64,000 bases of DNA from Candidatus Methanomethylophilaceae archaeon (GTDB taxonomy: Archaea; Thermoplasmatota; Thermoplasmata; Methanomassiliicoccales; Methanomethylophilaceae), in contig CALUHR010000009.1 of assembly GCA_944320495.1 (NCBI GenBank), forward strand, positions 1 to 64,000, read 5' to 3'. A model generated the notes under the pieces. The model searched no databases, had not been told where the DNA came from, and saw only the letters and a program-made list of their open reading frames with translations. Position numbers and translations under genes: made by a program. Position 1 is the stretch's first letter. Each line of letters starts with the position of its first letter. Of the stretch, positions 20,028-33,700 are shown in pieces.

Positions 20028-20939
20028 TCAGAGGTCTCCGCCGCAGTCGGGACACATCCAGATCCCCTTGTAGCAGATCAGCATCCCGCCGCAGCGCGGG
20101 CACACCTTGGACTGCTTCCTGTCGTCGGAGAGCAGTACCTTCTTGCCACCGAGGTCATCGTTCGCCCATCTGACGAGTTCGGATAGCTCGTGGAAGCGGT
20201 CCTCCTTGTCTGGTCCGTAGAAGCGGAGGTTGTCCGCCTCGTTGTACAGGCGGGTGCGCATCCTCCTGATGGCGCGGACGACGTTGTTGTACGTCCCCTC
20301 GTTGACCGAGGTCTGCGGGAGCACGTTCTTCCTGTAGCGCACATCCAGGTATTCGATGGATGTGTCGAGGAACCTCTCGAACGCCTCCTCGTCGGGGTAC
20401 ACGGGCACGCTGAGGATCAGGTCCCTCTTCCTGGAGAGCTCCGGGTTCCTGGCTATTATCCTCTCCAGGATGATGCGGGTCTCGTCCCTCATGGTGCCGC
20501 CCACCTGCCCGTAGATCTTCCTGATCGCCGGGAGGTCGGAGGCCCTGGCTATGCCGGCCAGCCTGCGGGCCGCACGGGAGAAGTCGGGTCCGCGGGTGTG
20601 CTCCATGGTGTCGATGAGCCCCGGTATGGCCTCATCGTCCTCATGGAGCATCGTGAGGTAGCCGAGGCAGGCCATGGACACGCCGTCGCCCGCCTCGTCC
20701 CTCATCATAAGAATCTTGTCGTAGACGCCGCGCTCCCTCACATCGCCCAGGAGGGTCACGAGCTCGGAGCGCACACGGGCGTCGTCGAAGTCCAGGTACG
20801 GGGTCAGACAGGGGAGCTTCCCCGGATCGTAGTTCGCTACGAGCCAGCGGTCCTCGGATATGGCCCCGGGACGTCCCCCGGAGACCTTGTCCACATCGTC
20901 GAGGAACCTCTCGAGGTACTCGACGTTCGTGACCGCCAT
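20028..20939 (-). CDS. HEAT-repeat-like protein with C-terminal zinc ribbon
   Basis: Helical repeats (DARVRSELVTLLGD) and a terminal CPRCGG...CPDCG. Confidence 0.7.
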   Translation of the reverse strand: MAVTNVEYLERFLDDVDKVSGGRPGAISEDRWLVANYDPGKLPCLTPYLDFDDARVRSELVTLLGDVRERGVYDKILMMRDEAGDGVSMACLGYLTMLHEDDEAIPGLIDTMEHTRGPDFSRAARRLAGIARASDLPAIRKIYGQVGGTMRDETRIILERIIARNPELSRKRDLILSVPVYPDEEAFERFLDTSIEYLDVRYRKNVLPQTSVNEGTYNNVVRAIRRMRTRLYNEADNLRFYGPDKEDRFHELSELVRWANDDLGGKKVLLSDDRKQSKVCPRCGGMLICYKGIWMCPDCGGDL

Positions 20940-20954
20940 CCGACCCACGTCCCT

Positions 20955-21176
20955 TCAGAGGTCCCTGGAGTCGAGGGCCTTCTTGAGGATCGCCGCCTCC
21001 TCCTTGGAGAGCGTGATGCCCTTGCCCATCTTCTCATGGTCGGGGGACCACTCCCTGACATCGTACTTGGGGTCCCTCTCGTTCCAGCTGATGAGGTTGA
21101 GCTCCTTCGTCCATCCTTTGGAGGACTCGGAGAGGACTGCGATCTTCTCGACGATTTCATAGACAATCTCAGGCAC
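20955..21176 (-). CDS. PC4/YdbC family ssDNA-binding protein
   Basis: KGWTKELNLISWNERDPKYDVREWSPDHEKMGKGITL; GTG start. Confidence 0.9.
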   Translation of the reverse strand: MPEIVYEIVEKIAVLSESSKGWTKELNLISWNERDPKYDVREWSPDHEKMGKGITLSKEEAAILKKALDSRDL

Positions 21177-21334
21177 TTTGCCACCTGGGGGCGCCAATCC
21201 GCCGTATATTTATTAACATTAGGCTGGACGTGACGAAGGGAATCCCGCAATGATTATACGCCCCGTCATCAGTTCTCCGAACGGTTGGTGTAATTGGCTC
21301 GAAATATGGCACCGTCGGAGTGTGTTGACAAGAG

Positions 21335-22615
21335 ATGATCGACCCTCTGATCATAGCATATATCGCAATCATTGCCCTGCTGCTGGTCTGCTCAGCGTTC
21401 TTCTCGATGTCCGAGACTGCGTTCACGAGCGCCAGCCAGGTTCGTCTCAAGAAGATGTCGAAGGATGGGGACAAGAGGGCCGAGAAGGCGCTCTACATCC
21501 TCGGGAACTATGACAAGTTCCTGACGACCATCCTCATCGGGAACAACCTCGTCAACATCGCGGCCACCTCGATAGCGACCATCGCGTTCGCCATGCTCCT
21601 CGGAGAGGCGACGGGTTCGCTCGCATCCACGGTCATGATGACGCTGGTGGTCCTCACGTTCGGCGAGATCACACCCAAGACTCTCGCCAAGAGGCGTCCG
21701 GAGAGGACGGTCCTCAAGATCGTGGGAGTCGTCAACGCCATCGAGATCATCTTCTCGCCCCTGTCCTGGATGTTCGGGAAGCTCACCGGATACATCGGCA
21801 GGAAGACGGGAGGGGAGGACAGCTCCACCATGACCGAGGACGAGCTCGAGGTCATGATCGACGAGATCGAGGGCGACGGGGTGATCGAGAAGACCGAGGG
21901 CGAACTCATCAAGTCAGCCATCAGGTTCGACGACACATCCGTCTCGGAGGTCTACGTCCCCAGGATGGACATCGTCGGTATCGATGCCGGCTCCGCCCCC
22001 GAGGACCTCGGGAGGCTGATCTCCACCACAGGATTCTCGAGGATCCCGGTGTACGAGGGCAGCATCGACAACATCATCGGCGTCGTCTACGCCAAGGAGT
22101 TCTTCACCCGCAGGTTCAACGGCGAGAGCCCGACCATCAGGGACCTGATGAAGCCCGTGAAGTACGTCCCGGAGACCATGAGCATCGCCACGATCTTCAG
22201 CGACTTCCAGAAGACCAAGATCCACATGGCGGTGGTTCTGGACTCCTACGGCGGGACCATGGGGATAGTCACGCTGGAGGACATCCTGGAGGAACTCGTC
22301 GGCGACATCTGGGACGAGAGCGACGACATCCAGCAGGACATGGTCCAGTTGCCGGACGGCACCTGGAGCGTGAAGGGCACGGCCAACATCTTCGACACCA
22401 TGGAGAGGCTGGGCGTGGATTTCGATCCCGGCGAGTACGAGGACTACTCCGTCACCGGGTACGTGTTCTACAGGCTCAACAGGGCCCCGGTCCGGGGCGA
22501 CACCGTCGAGACCGGTCGCGTCAGGATCACGGTCAAGGCCGTCAAGGGCCGCAGGGCGGTGGAGTGCGTCTTCGCCGTCAGCGAACCTCCTCAGGAGGAG
22601 GTCGCTGAGGAATGA
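21335..22615 (+). CDS. HlyC/CorC (CNNM) family transporter with CBS pair
   Basis: AFFSMSETA, TILIGNN, FGEITPK, FSRIPVY and IVTLEDILEELVGDI. Confidence 0.9.
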   Translation: MIDPLIIAYIAIIALLLVCSAFFSMSETAFTSASQVRLKKMSKDGDKRAEKALYILGNYDKFLTTILIGNNLVNIAATSIATIAFAMLLGEATGSLASTVMMTLVVLTFGEITPKTLAKRRPERTVLKIVGVVNAIEIIFSPLSWMFGKLTGYIGRKTGGEDSSTMTEDELEVMIDEIEGDGVIEKTEGELIKSAIRFDDTSVSEVYVPRMDIVGIDAGSAPEDLGRLISTTGFSRIPVYEGSIDNIIGVVYAKEFFTRRFNGESPTIRDLMKPVKYVPETMSIATIFSDFQKTKIHMAVVLDSYGGTMGIVTLEDILEELVGDIWDESDDIQQDMVQLPDGTWSVKGTANIFDTMERLGVDFDPGEYEDYSVTGYVFYRLNRAPVRGDTVETGRVRITVKAVKGRRAVECVFAVSEPPQEEVAEE

Positions 22616-23052
22616 TCCACATCCGCCAGGAACTCCGAGAGGACCCTGGCGGCAACCTCTTTCCTGGCGGGGTGCGCCTGCACCTTGCCGGTTATCGCTA
22701 TCACGTCGCCGTGGTGCGCCGGTTCGTAGATCCCCTGAACGGCCTTCTGCTTGTCGAGCCTGATGTAGAAGACGCAATCTTCGTCGATGCGGTTGTCTAG
22801 GTCCGAGAGGATCCATCCCCTGATCTCCGGCCCGAGGTCGGTGAAGAGCTTCCTGTACTGCCTCTGATGGGTCAGCCTGGCCTCGAGGATGGTCATGACG
22901 TTTCCGTGCTCCCCGACCGATTCGTCCTCGGAGTACTCGTCCGTCTCCCCGAGGAGGTTCTCCATGGTCTCCTCGAGCAGCTCCTTGCGTTCGGTGGCGT
23001 AGCAGAACGTCTGCACCCTTATCCAGTGAAAAGCCGAGTTAGGCAATCTCAT
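22591..23052 (-). CDS. Archaeal RNA-binding protein (DUF54-like)
   Basis: CYATE, GEHGN and YIRLDKQKA motifs. Confidence 0.75.
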   Translation of the reverse strand: MRLPNSAFHWIRVQTFCYATERKELLEETMENLLGETDEYSEDESVGEHGNVMTILEARLTHQRQYRKLFTDLGPEIRGWILSDLDNRIDEDCVFYIRLDKQKAVQGIYEPAHHGDVIAITGKVQAHPARKEVAARVLSEFLADVDHSSATSS

Positions 23053-23524
23053 CGACCTCCTCGACGGGAACCATCCCGTACATGCCCTCCGGATCGGAGG
23101 ATGAGAAGACCACGACCCTCTTGCCCTTGAGCTTCAGGGCGACGCCCCCCTCCTCGCCGACGCGGGTGTAGGACTTGTGGCTGACCCCCTTGAGGTTCCA
23201 CTGGGAGTAGTTCCTGATGTTCTCCAGGTCCCCGAACCTCTTGTCTATGATCTGGTCGCGGGGGTACTCGCGGCTCCTGAAGAGGTACGTGATTCTCACG
23301 CCGTTCCCGGAGACCTCGACGTCCATGCGGGCGACGAAGCACAGCAGGATGGCAGCGACGAACACGGCGGCCGACAGGGGAACTATCCACGAGGGCATGC
23401 CCGAGTCCGTGAGATACGCGGTGTACGCCATGCACGCCAGTGTCGCGACGAGCACTGCTGTGACTATCCAAGTGAGGTTCCTCGGGAGCAGCGGCGCGCT
23501 CTCCCTGCGGGAGGGGTCTTCCAT
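23039..23524 (-). CDS. Hypothetical 2-TM protein with PH-like cytoplasmic domain
   Basis: Two TM helices then a beta-rich domain; its TAA overlaps the next start. Confidence 0.65.
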   Translation of the reverse strand: MEDPSRRESAPLLPRNLTWIVTAVLVATLACMAYTAYLTDSGMPSWIVPLSAAVFVAAILLCFVARMDVEVSGNGVRITYLFRSREYPRDQIIDKRFGDLENIRNYSQWNLKGVSHKSYTRVGEEGGVALKLKGKRVVVFSSSDPEGMYGMVPVEEVDEIA

Positions 23525-23624
23525 GTGACCGCGATTCGTATTCTCGATATTAATCTGGGGGTGCCAGGACTCTATCATTCGAATAGTAACCTTTATATCA
23601 TAGCTACATATCCTGGGGTTTGCT

Positions 23625-23699
23625 GGTCCCCTAGCTTAGCCTGGTTGGAGCGCCCGGCTGATAACCGGGAGGTCTTGAGTTCGAATCTCAAGGGGACCA
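23625..23699 (+). tRNA. tRNA-Ile(GAT)
   Basis: Acceptor stem GGTCCCC/GGGGACC, anticodon stem-loop CCCGG-CTGATAA-CCGGG and T-loop GTTCGAATC. TATA-like TTTATAT at about 23592; CCA is not encoded. Confidence 0.97.
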
Positions 23700-24176
23700 C
23701 TCACTTATCTCATCACAATCTTGGAGTTCTCTTTCACGGACGAGGAGTCGATTGACAGCATTGTCCCCATATTGGAAAGGGAGGGCTACCCGACTTCCAA
23801 GTGGCCCTGCTCCCATCAAGGCCTGAAGGCGGTTAGATTGCGCTTCTACAGGATATTGAAGGGGCTGATGGATGGGGGGCGCACACATTCTGTCAGAATC
23901 TCGGGGACAGCCGTCAGAAGACCTGTCTCAAGAAGTGGGATGGGGATCATCGCGTCCCGATAGGTTTTCTGGTCTTGCGAGATGGGGCCAATCTGCTATT
24001 GCTTTCAACAATCTACTGAGGCGACTATTCACATCGTCGGATTACACGTTGCTCATTGCTTTGAGAATCTGTTCTCTATTCCGGTGGCAAAGTTGTTGGT
24101 TCTTCAGAATGGCGAGGAATCCTTGGATCTGTTGCTCCGTGGATTATGCGCGGTTATCGGTTCATGCCGATACGGT

Positions 24177-24542
24177 TCGTTTCTCGCCCCTCTTCTCGGC
24201 TTCAATGTCGTTCAATGTACCTGGAGACACCGTCTCCAGATGTCTGTCTATGATTCCGGCGGCCTGCTCGACCAGGGCGGCGACCTCCATTCCATTCTCG
24301 GTTATGATCCACTTGCGTGCCTTGTATCCGCGGGTTCTGGCGTCGGGGTACTCGCTCCTCAAGAGCCCGCACTCCTCCAGCATGAGCAGGCGGGAGCGCG
24401 CCATGTCGTAGCTCCTGGTGATGTCATCCCTCACATCGACCTCCTTGACGGACCCGCGATGGTAGATGTATAGCAGGATCGTCGCGGCGTGCTTCTTCCC
24501 CAGCACCTGGATTCCGGTCAGCTGTTCCGTTTCCGAAGTCAC
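24177..24542 (-). CDS. Winged-helix (HxlR/MarR-like) transcriptional regulator
   Basis: VLGKKHAATILL...RLLMLEECGLL...WIITENG. In-frame CGA at 24177-79; standard TGA is 5 codons later at 24162. Confidence 0.75.
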
Positions 24543-24601
24543 GGCAAGGGGGATAGAATCCTCTTGAACGTCACTTTTGTCAGTTGTTAAGACTTATGTC
24601 A

Positions 24602-24625
24602 GATTATAGGTAGTACTTTATAATC
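24602..24625. promoter_or_regulatory. Inverted repeat / back-to-back TATA between wHTH gene and adhesin
   Basis: GATTATA-N10-TATAATC in the divergent intergenic region. Confidence 0.4.
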
Positions 24626-24770
24626 AGTATATCATAAAACAGGCAATCGACGGCAGGTGTGCCCCTTCTGGGCGATACGCCGGATCCGTCGGCACGGTTG
24701 CAACCGGGAGCGGGAGGAGGTCCCGACGTGGCTGATCCGTTTTCTGCTCCGGGCGTGACCTGGAGGACAA

Positions 24771-27700
24771 ATGATTCAAATCGAGAAAAGGAGGATCGCC
24801 GCCGCACTCGCGGTGCTGGCGGTTGCTGTCGTGGCGATGGGAATCGTGGCGGAGGCCTCGGATTCCCAGGCCGACGACCATGTTTCCATCCCCGCCCCTC
24901 TAGCAACGGAGGTGCCCGGGCTCACCGCGATCGAAGCAGCGTTCGATGCTGATGGAGAGACCATCGACACGTCCATGTTGCCTGAGGACCTCAAAAAGTA
25001 CCTCACCGTTACAGGAACGGTCAATGAGGTGGAAGTAGAGCTGACTTCGGCGCAGTACGATGTCACTACGGATTCTGGGTTCCTGACCCCGGGGGACTGC
25101 ACAGTTACCATCTCATCAGGTGAGATCTCAGACACCGTGACCGTTGCGAATGTTCAACCAGTTGGCATCTCAAACCTGGAATTCAACACCGATGACCTCG
25201 GACAGGTCTTTGTTACCACAGATAATGAGACTGTTGGCGAGAAGGTGACAGTAACCGCTGTATTCTCCAACGGTGTGAGACAAACTCTCTCCCCGGACAT
25301 GTACACAGTTAACTTCAACAAGGATGTCGGAACACAGACGTTCAGCATCTCGGTTAACTTCAATGGAGAGAACATTCCTGGCTCCTTCACCTACGAGGTC
25401 TCTGAATTGGAGATGACTGGTCTGAGGGTCGATGTAGGGGGGAGTAGTGAATTTACAACGAGCATGAACTCGTACCGTTTGCATGATGCCCTGGCTGTTT
25501 ACGGAACATTCAACGATGGGAACGAGTACAGACTGCCTGCCTACGGATTCGACTATGAGGTTGAGGGATCCCTGCTGGCCGGCCCCACAGAGATAGAGGG
25601 TCCGTACCCAGCGACAATCACTGTAACACCCAGCGACAACGACTCCGAAGCCCAGCCCGTGGAGACGACCATCCAGGTTACTCCCGTTAAATTGGAACGT
25701 ATCAGCGCCGAAGACCAGAGGATGGGCTCTTATCAGGCGTACACGACGGTCGATAACGGCTCGGAGTGGTTCTCAGTAAGAGCATACTTCGTGGATGGGA
25801 ATTCGACAAATCTGTCAACTGGCGATTATTCAATAACATACGAGGGCGTCGGTGAAGGTGAGCCGCAAAGCTTCAGATATGGCCATGGGACCATAACCGT
25901 GCATTTCACGGAAAATGGAATAACGAAGACCGATACCATCTCGGGATACAATGTCACACGGGCTCTCGTGGAATTGCCCGATCTGAACACCGGTACGATC
26001 TCCTATGGCGACACAGCGGATTGGCTTATGACCGGCTTCGACGACAGGCTTCGGATCACCACATCTGAGGGGCTGAGTTACTCCGTGGACCCCAACGATG
26101 ATACGAGACTGCATTTCACTGCGACCGAGGCGGGGAAGTACACGGTCGTCGTGAGCCCTCTGAACGACAGCATAGTGCTTGTCCAGCGTGGTACGGACGA
26201 CCCCCTCTTGGAGGGTGAGGTGAACCAGTACACGTACACCCTGACAATCTCCGCCGCCCAGTACGACATAGAGCTCACCCTCGACGATGACATAATCGCT
26301 GGGGAGAGCGGATATCTGACGATCGAGCTGACGGGTCCGAACGGGGAGTCCGTCCCGCTACCAAGTGTGATATCGTACAGATACTCCGGGACCAACATGC
26401 TGGGGAAGCCCATCGAAGGTACGGGACTTCCGACGGATGCGGGAACATGGAATGTGTACGTGACGGTCCCTGCGAGCGGGAACTTCAGGGAGACCGGAAA
26501 ATACACCGGGGATTTCATCATAGACCGCGTGGTCCATGGAGCTCCGACACCGGTGGGCATCCCGTACGACGGGGTTGCGCATTCGGTCGAGTTCGGCACC
26601 GGCGTCGACACCTCGTTCTTCGAGGTCACGGGGGACGAGCACACCGATGTCGACGAGGGCTACGAAAGCACCCTCATCATCAGCGACGATTGCTGGAACA
26701 ACCACTGCTGGACCGGAGGCGAGAGGTCTGTAGTCGTCTATTGGAACATCGTCCAATCTCCCAATGACTTCACCGAGAAGCCATCCATCACGGGATGGGA
26801 TTTCGATGAGAGCCCCAACAGCCCTTCCGCGAAAGCGACGTTCGGCGATCAGAGCGGGATCGTATTCACGTTCTCCCAGAGCAGGGACGACGCCGATTCA
26901 TACAGGACCATGGACGAGATAGAGGTCTGGTCGGCGGGTACGTGGTACATGAAGGCCACCTCGCCAACCGATGGGCGGAACTACACTTCGGTCACATCAG
27001 AACCTCTTGAGTTCCAGATCGGCAAGATGCAGGTAGACTATCCTGCTGAGGACACCTCGACATTCGTATACACCGGCGGCACGCTGTCCTACAACCCCTT
27101 AGGATTTGATGAGTCGTTCATGACGATGACCGTCACCCAGAACGGTTCGACCTTAGAAGACGTCACGAACGCGGGGACGTACACCGTGACAGTCACCCTT
27201 GACGGGAACCATGAGTGGGACACGTCTTCGGCCCACGGGGACCTGAACGATGAAGGAGACCCGACGTTCACATGGACCGTCGGAACAGCGGAGAACACCG
27301 TCGAATCGTTCGACATATCGGGCTGGACATACGGCAGCGGCATCAACACACCCTCGAACGTCGTCATGTCGTTCAGCGATGACTACACGGTCGAGTACTC
27401 CAGAAGCCGTGATGACGGTTTCCGCCCTGCGAACGAGATAAGCTCCTGGGATGCGGGGACGTGGTACGTCCGCGTCACCTCCGGGTCATCCGACAACTAC
27501 ACCTCGGATCAACTGACTAAGAATATCGTAATCGCCAAACTCGCCGTAGACTATCCATCCGAGGACGCTAGTGACTTCGAATACACCGGCGGCACGCTGT
27601 CCTACAACCCCTCCGGATTCGATGAATCGTTCATGACGTTGACCGTCACCCAGAACGGTTCGACCTTAGAAGACGTCACGAACGCGGGGACGTACACCGT

Positions 27701-30700
27701 GACCGTCACCCTTGACGGGAACCATGAGTGGGACACGTCTTCGGCCCACGGGGACCTGAACGATGAAGGAGACCCGACGTTCACATGGACCGTCGGCAAG
27801 ATGGGGATCGATGCAGGCCTGAATCAGAGGGACTTCACGTTCAACGGAAGCCCCCAGACCCCTACGATAACCGGCGACAGCACGCAGTTCTCTGTCAAAT
27901 GGGAGAACCAGGAGTCCACAGTGATTGATTCTTACGAGGTCTATCTGACCCTCAATGACAAGACGAACTACGAATGGGACCACGATGGGGAGCAGTACGG
28001 GGACTCCGTCTCCGGAGACGTCCTCACCCTCGTGTACAGGATAGTCGGCCAGACCTACGACCTGACGATCCAGATCGGAGATGGAGGGAGCGACGTGTCC
28101 TGGACGTACGGGAACGCGCATCTGCAGGTGAGTTGGAACTCGGACATACCCACGGAGATATCCGAGAAGCTGAAGGACCAGGACGATTACGGGAGCGGTT
28201 GGTTCTACGTGTTCAACGGCATAGACGGTACCGAGTACTACGGTAAAGACTGGCCCACCGATGCGGGAAGCTACAGCGTGTACCTGTTCATATCAGACAC
28301 GGGGATCTATGCGAACAAGACGTCCAACACCGTCACGTTCTCGATCGACCCGGCCAAGATTACCGAGCACGATATCGAGGACCACGGCTGGACCTACGAC
28401 GCTCAGTCCCACTCCGTCCTTTTCGACGGTGAGGAAAACATCGTCCCAAATGCTACAACGGTCGATGGTACGACTCCGACATGGTCGTACTCCATGTCAT
28501 CCGACCCTTACGAGTGGGGTACACCATTCCAGATAACCAAGTCGGGAACCTACACCGTCTGGTACAGGGTGTCCGCAGAGAATCATGAGACCATCATCGA
28601 CAGCTTCACACTGACAGTTGGAAAGGCCGAAATCACTGGAATCGTCATACCCGGGGGAGATTGGACCTATGATGGTGAGTATCACGGTGCGATGTGGAAC
28701 GGGGAATCCGACGGAGTGCCGAGCGGCTCCGCCTTGGGGAATGACATCTCCTGGACGTACAAAACCGATGTGAACGGGGAGTTCACCGGTGAGATACCGA
28801 CATTCAGGAACGCGGGAACGCACACAGTCTACTATAGAGCGGATGCGGATAACCACGACCCTGCCTACGGGTCCTTCGAGGTCCATGTAGGGAAGAGGAC
28901 GATCGACCTCGCCTTCAGTACCAACACCAGCGTGTACTCCAACTCCGAACCGTCCGTCCAGGGATGGGACTTCGAGCTCGACGGGTCCGACGTATGCTCC
29001 GGGGACAGCCTGGACACCCTCACGAACCTGGTCGGGATCTCCCTGGAGCAGGGAGTGACCAGATGGAACGTCGGATACTACGACCTTGTCGCCACCATCT
29101 CGGACACCAACTACGAGCTTAGATACGACGGGTCCGATAAGTTCGAGATCACGAAGCGGCCGCTGTCCCTCGAGGATGCCACGATCGTCTATGGGGACGA
29201 GGCTCCTGGACTGTCCGCTATCATCGGCAACATCGCCAACGGTGACACGATCGACGATGCCGTCACCGGGACGGCCGACCTCGACGGGTACGTTCCGGGA
29301 TCCGACTATGGCCGGTATAAGATCGCTGTGGGACAGCTCGCTGCAGGCGCGAACTACTCCATCGATCCATCGGAGACTGCGACGCTCACGGTGAGCCAGC
29401 GGCAGATCACCGTGGAGATCCAGAACGACAGCAGCACCTACGGCGACGCCATAGACGCCCTAGAGGGGATCGTCATCGATGGAAACCTCGCCCTCGATCA
29501 CACCGAGACGGACGTGTTCAAGCTGTACCTCACCGACGAGGGAGACAGCGGCGAGATAGACATCTCCGTGACGGTGAACGCTGGGACCTACCACATACAT
29601 GGAACTGTGCTGAACAACAACTACGCCATCAGGTTCTTGGGCAAGTCCGACGGCGGAACGGAGCCCGCTCCGGAGTACGGGACGTACATCGTGAACCCGC
29701 GGTCGGTCACGATCGAGATCGTGACGGAGAACGGGAGCATGGACTACACCGGCGACCCAGATGCAGTGTTAGAAAAGGTATCCAGCATGTTCAGGGTCGA
29801 CAACGATCCAGATTCGAACTTCCCCGAGCCGGATTTCGTGTTCATGAAGGACGATGATGAACTGGGCCAAATCCCGACGGATGCGGGAAAGTACACCGTC
29901 AGACCGGTCTACAGCAGCAACACCAACTACGTCCCTAGCTCGGACCTGAAGGCGACGTTCACGATCAACAAGATCGACTACGACCTCCCGACCCTCGGAT
30001 GGGACGTCATGAACGATGGGAACTCCGTGAGCGTGACCGAGTACAACGGAGGGGAATACACTGCAGTCCTCTCCTCGGAGAGCACGAGGTTCACCGACGG
30101 ATCGACCGTCATCACGGGCATCGATGACTCCAGGCTGACAGTGAGCTATTCTATCGTGCACGAGGGCCCCACCGTCGGAGGGGCCGTCGATGCGGGCACC
30201 TATGTAGTGACAGCCACGTTCCATTCGGACAGCGGGAACTACAACATCCCTGAAGACATGACGTATGATCTCGAGGTCCAGCCCGCACAGGTGACCATCG
30301 TCTGGGAACCAACCGGCGACCGCTTCACATACGACGGAACCGACCAGAAGTCCGAGGTCACCGCGCACTACGTCGACGTGAAGGGGATTGATATACCTCT
30401 GACGGTGACCATCGAAGGGACGTTCGAGATCCCCAGGACGGAGGCCTACGTCTTCACGGCAGGGTTCAGCGACAGCGACACCGGGAAGGGGAACTACGCC
30501 CTCCCTGACAATCCGACCAGGAGCTACTACATGGACAGGATGCCTGTCACGATCAGCGTCTCCGACCAGAAGGTGCAGTACGGGGATCTGCTTGACGCCT
30601 CCGGATGGTCCTACGAGTTCACCGACGGAACGATACTCGAGAAGGATCTGGAGGAGGGCGGATACGTACAGCTGTACGTCGACAGGAACGTCACCGGGGA

Positions 30701-33700
30701 CAACCCCCTCCCCGCGGATCAGGCGTATGCTGATGCGATAAAGTACACGATTCAGCTGAGGAACGAGTACTACGACATCACCCCTGAGTACGGCGACCTC
30801 AAGGTCACTAAGCGCTCGATCGTGATCACGATTCCAACCATCGAACGCACGTATGATGGCCAGCCGGCAGACCTGGGAACCCTCACGGACATATAGCAGT
30901 ACGTCACAGACGGCTCGATCCTCACATCAGACAACATACTGAGCCTGACGCTATGCTACGGGGAGGGTGGCACCGGCGATGCGCCCACCGACGCCGGCAG
31001 TTACGAGGACATGGTCTGGTGCATATGGAACAACGAGCGCTACGACGTCGATGTGATCCCTGGGGACCTGGTGATCAAACCCGATTCCCTGGAAGTGACC
31101 GTAAACCCCGAGAGGCCCAGTGCCGAGTTCAACGATGAACAACAGAGTCCGAACGTGGGGTACACGGTAACTGGAACGAACAGCGGGATCAGCTTAAGCT
31201 CCGAAGTCTACACCGTAGGGTACAGGATCGGCGATGCCTGGGTGGACGAGGCCCCATCGTTCACCGATGTCGACGAGTACACCATCACCTACAAGATAAC
31301 GCCCGACAGCAACAACTACCTCCCCTACGAGGGCAGCTTCATATTCGTGATCACAGGAACGACGAACAGCTTCACGACCGAGTTCGACCAGGACGACTGG
31401 ACCTACAGGGAGGGCAAGGGAACAAGCGTGGAACCCGTCTCGAAGTTCGGAAACCCAACGGTCAGGTACTACACCGACCCGAATCACACCGAGGAGTACA
31501 CGGGAGGGATGGACAATGACACCCCTGCGGGGACGTACTACGTGGTCGTCAGCGTTCCCGCCGACGGGGACAACTATCCGGAACTGACAGGTTACTACGA
31601 GTTCACCGTCAACAGGGCGACCCTCCATTATGAGTGGGACCAGACGATGAGCATCACGTACACCGGCGATGACATCACCAACACCCTCACCGTGGACCAT
31701 TGGTCCGTGAACGGTGTCGGCGAGGCGATCGCGGTCGGCGGGACCGGGGAAAGCGTCGTCATGTACAGCAACCCCTCCGTCGACGTTACCATCGATAGCG
31801 GGAGACTGTCCATGACGGCGACGGATGTGGGCAGATACAGCGTCGTCCTGACCATAACCGATCCCAATTACATGTGGGACGGCGAGGATGCGGACACCCT
31901 CACCATCGAGACCGCATGGGAGATCGTGGAGGACCTCATGGAGAACGGCTGGACGGAGGATCCGGGGATCGACAGCATCGTCTTCGGTGAGATCCTGAGC
32001 CCGCGCGGGACTCCCGAGCATGGCACTGCAACGTACTACTTCTCGCGGTCTTCCAACCTGGAATCGTTCAACAGCACCGAGAGACCGACGCAGGCCGGAA
32101 CATACTACATGCTCGTCGTGGTCCGTGCAGTCACCGACGGAGGCGTCCATTACGAGAGGCTCGTGTCGGAACCTATCGAGTTCGAGATCCAGGTCAGGAC
32201 GATAGACGTCCCCAGCATCGTGTTCTCCACCAAGTTCTCACCAGGGGACGTGCAGACTGTCGATCTGTCCGACCTCGGAATGGACCCTGATGACCAGGCC
32301 TACGTGTCCATGAGCGGGGACAGCGGAACCTCCGCCGCCACGTACACGGCAATCCTGACCCTCACGGACAAGGTCAACTGCGCGTGGAACGTCGAAGGGG
32401 GCACTAGCACGGAGGACCAGTCCGTGCAGTGGACCATCACGCCTCTGGAGGTGGAGTTCGACACTGACGACTTCGGCAGCCACGACGATGACGCGTACTA
32501 CGACTACGACACTACCCTGAAGACGTACAACCCCAGCTTCTACGACTCCAAGTTCATGGACATCTCCGGCAACACGGGAAGGGATGCTGGCACATACACA
32601 GTCATCGTCACCCTGACATCGACCGACTACGTCTGGAAGGGCATCGAGGAGAGGTCCGTGACAGTCGGCTGGAACATCGATCCGAGAGCGCTGACGATGC
32701 CGACCCTCCGCTACGATACGATGGACGGCGCCAGCCTGGTCATCCCTTACGGGGGTTCCAGCATAACGGTGACCCTCAACGGGTTCGATGCCCAGACCAT
32801 GGGCATAGTCACCCACGGGACCACTGTCTCGTCGTCGGATGACGGCACGATATCGTCCACTGTGGGCATAGGAAGCTACAGTTTCGATATATCCCTGAAG
32901 ACCTCCAACTATGTGTGGGTCGGACAGGACGTTGACGTCAGGTCGATCCAACTCACTCTGAACGTCACGGCTAACCGCGTGGATGTGCCGGACGCGATGG
33001 AGAGCGAGTTCGAATACGACGGCGAGTCCCATTCGATCCTATTCGACGACACGTCGAACCTCATCATAGAGAACAATGTCCATACGAACGCCGGCACCTA
33101 TGTCGTCACGGTCCGTCCCGCCGAAGGATTCTACTGGCAGGACGGCACGTCCGACGCTGTCGAGTTCACTCTGACCATCGATAGAGTCACCGTCGTGATT
33201 ATGGTGGATGGGGACATAGAGGTCTGCTATGGGGAGGACATTCCCGAAATCGGATGGACCTACGCAGAGGGAAGCGACCGGTTCGTGAACGAGGATCTGA
33301 CGAACGGAACCATCGTGGTGACGATAATCCCAGGGGCCTCAAATGGAGATAATGTCGGAACATATCTGATACAAATGACGGCCGTTGCTGGCAACAACTA
33401 CATTGTCACCTGTCTGAATGGCAATCTGACAATCAATCCCGCGATAGTGGATGTGCCATCGGACATCGGGAACGTTCCCGGACTCGCCTACGACAGCGAT
33501 GGCGTCACGTTCGATCCTGCCATCCAGTGGGGTGATGAGTATGACGAGGGGACGATGTCCGTGAGCGACAACTTTGGCACCGACATCGGTGTACAGACCT
33601 CGTACCTGCACCTGAGGGATCCCATCAACCATGTCTGGAACACAGGAGCATCTGCCGACATCGAGTTCCATTGGGAGATCGTGAAGAAACCCGTGTCCAT

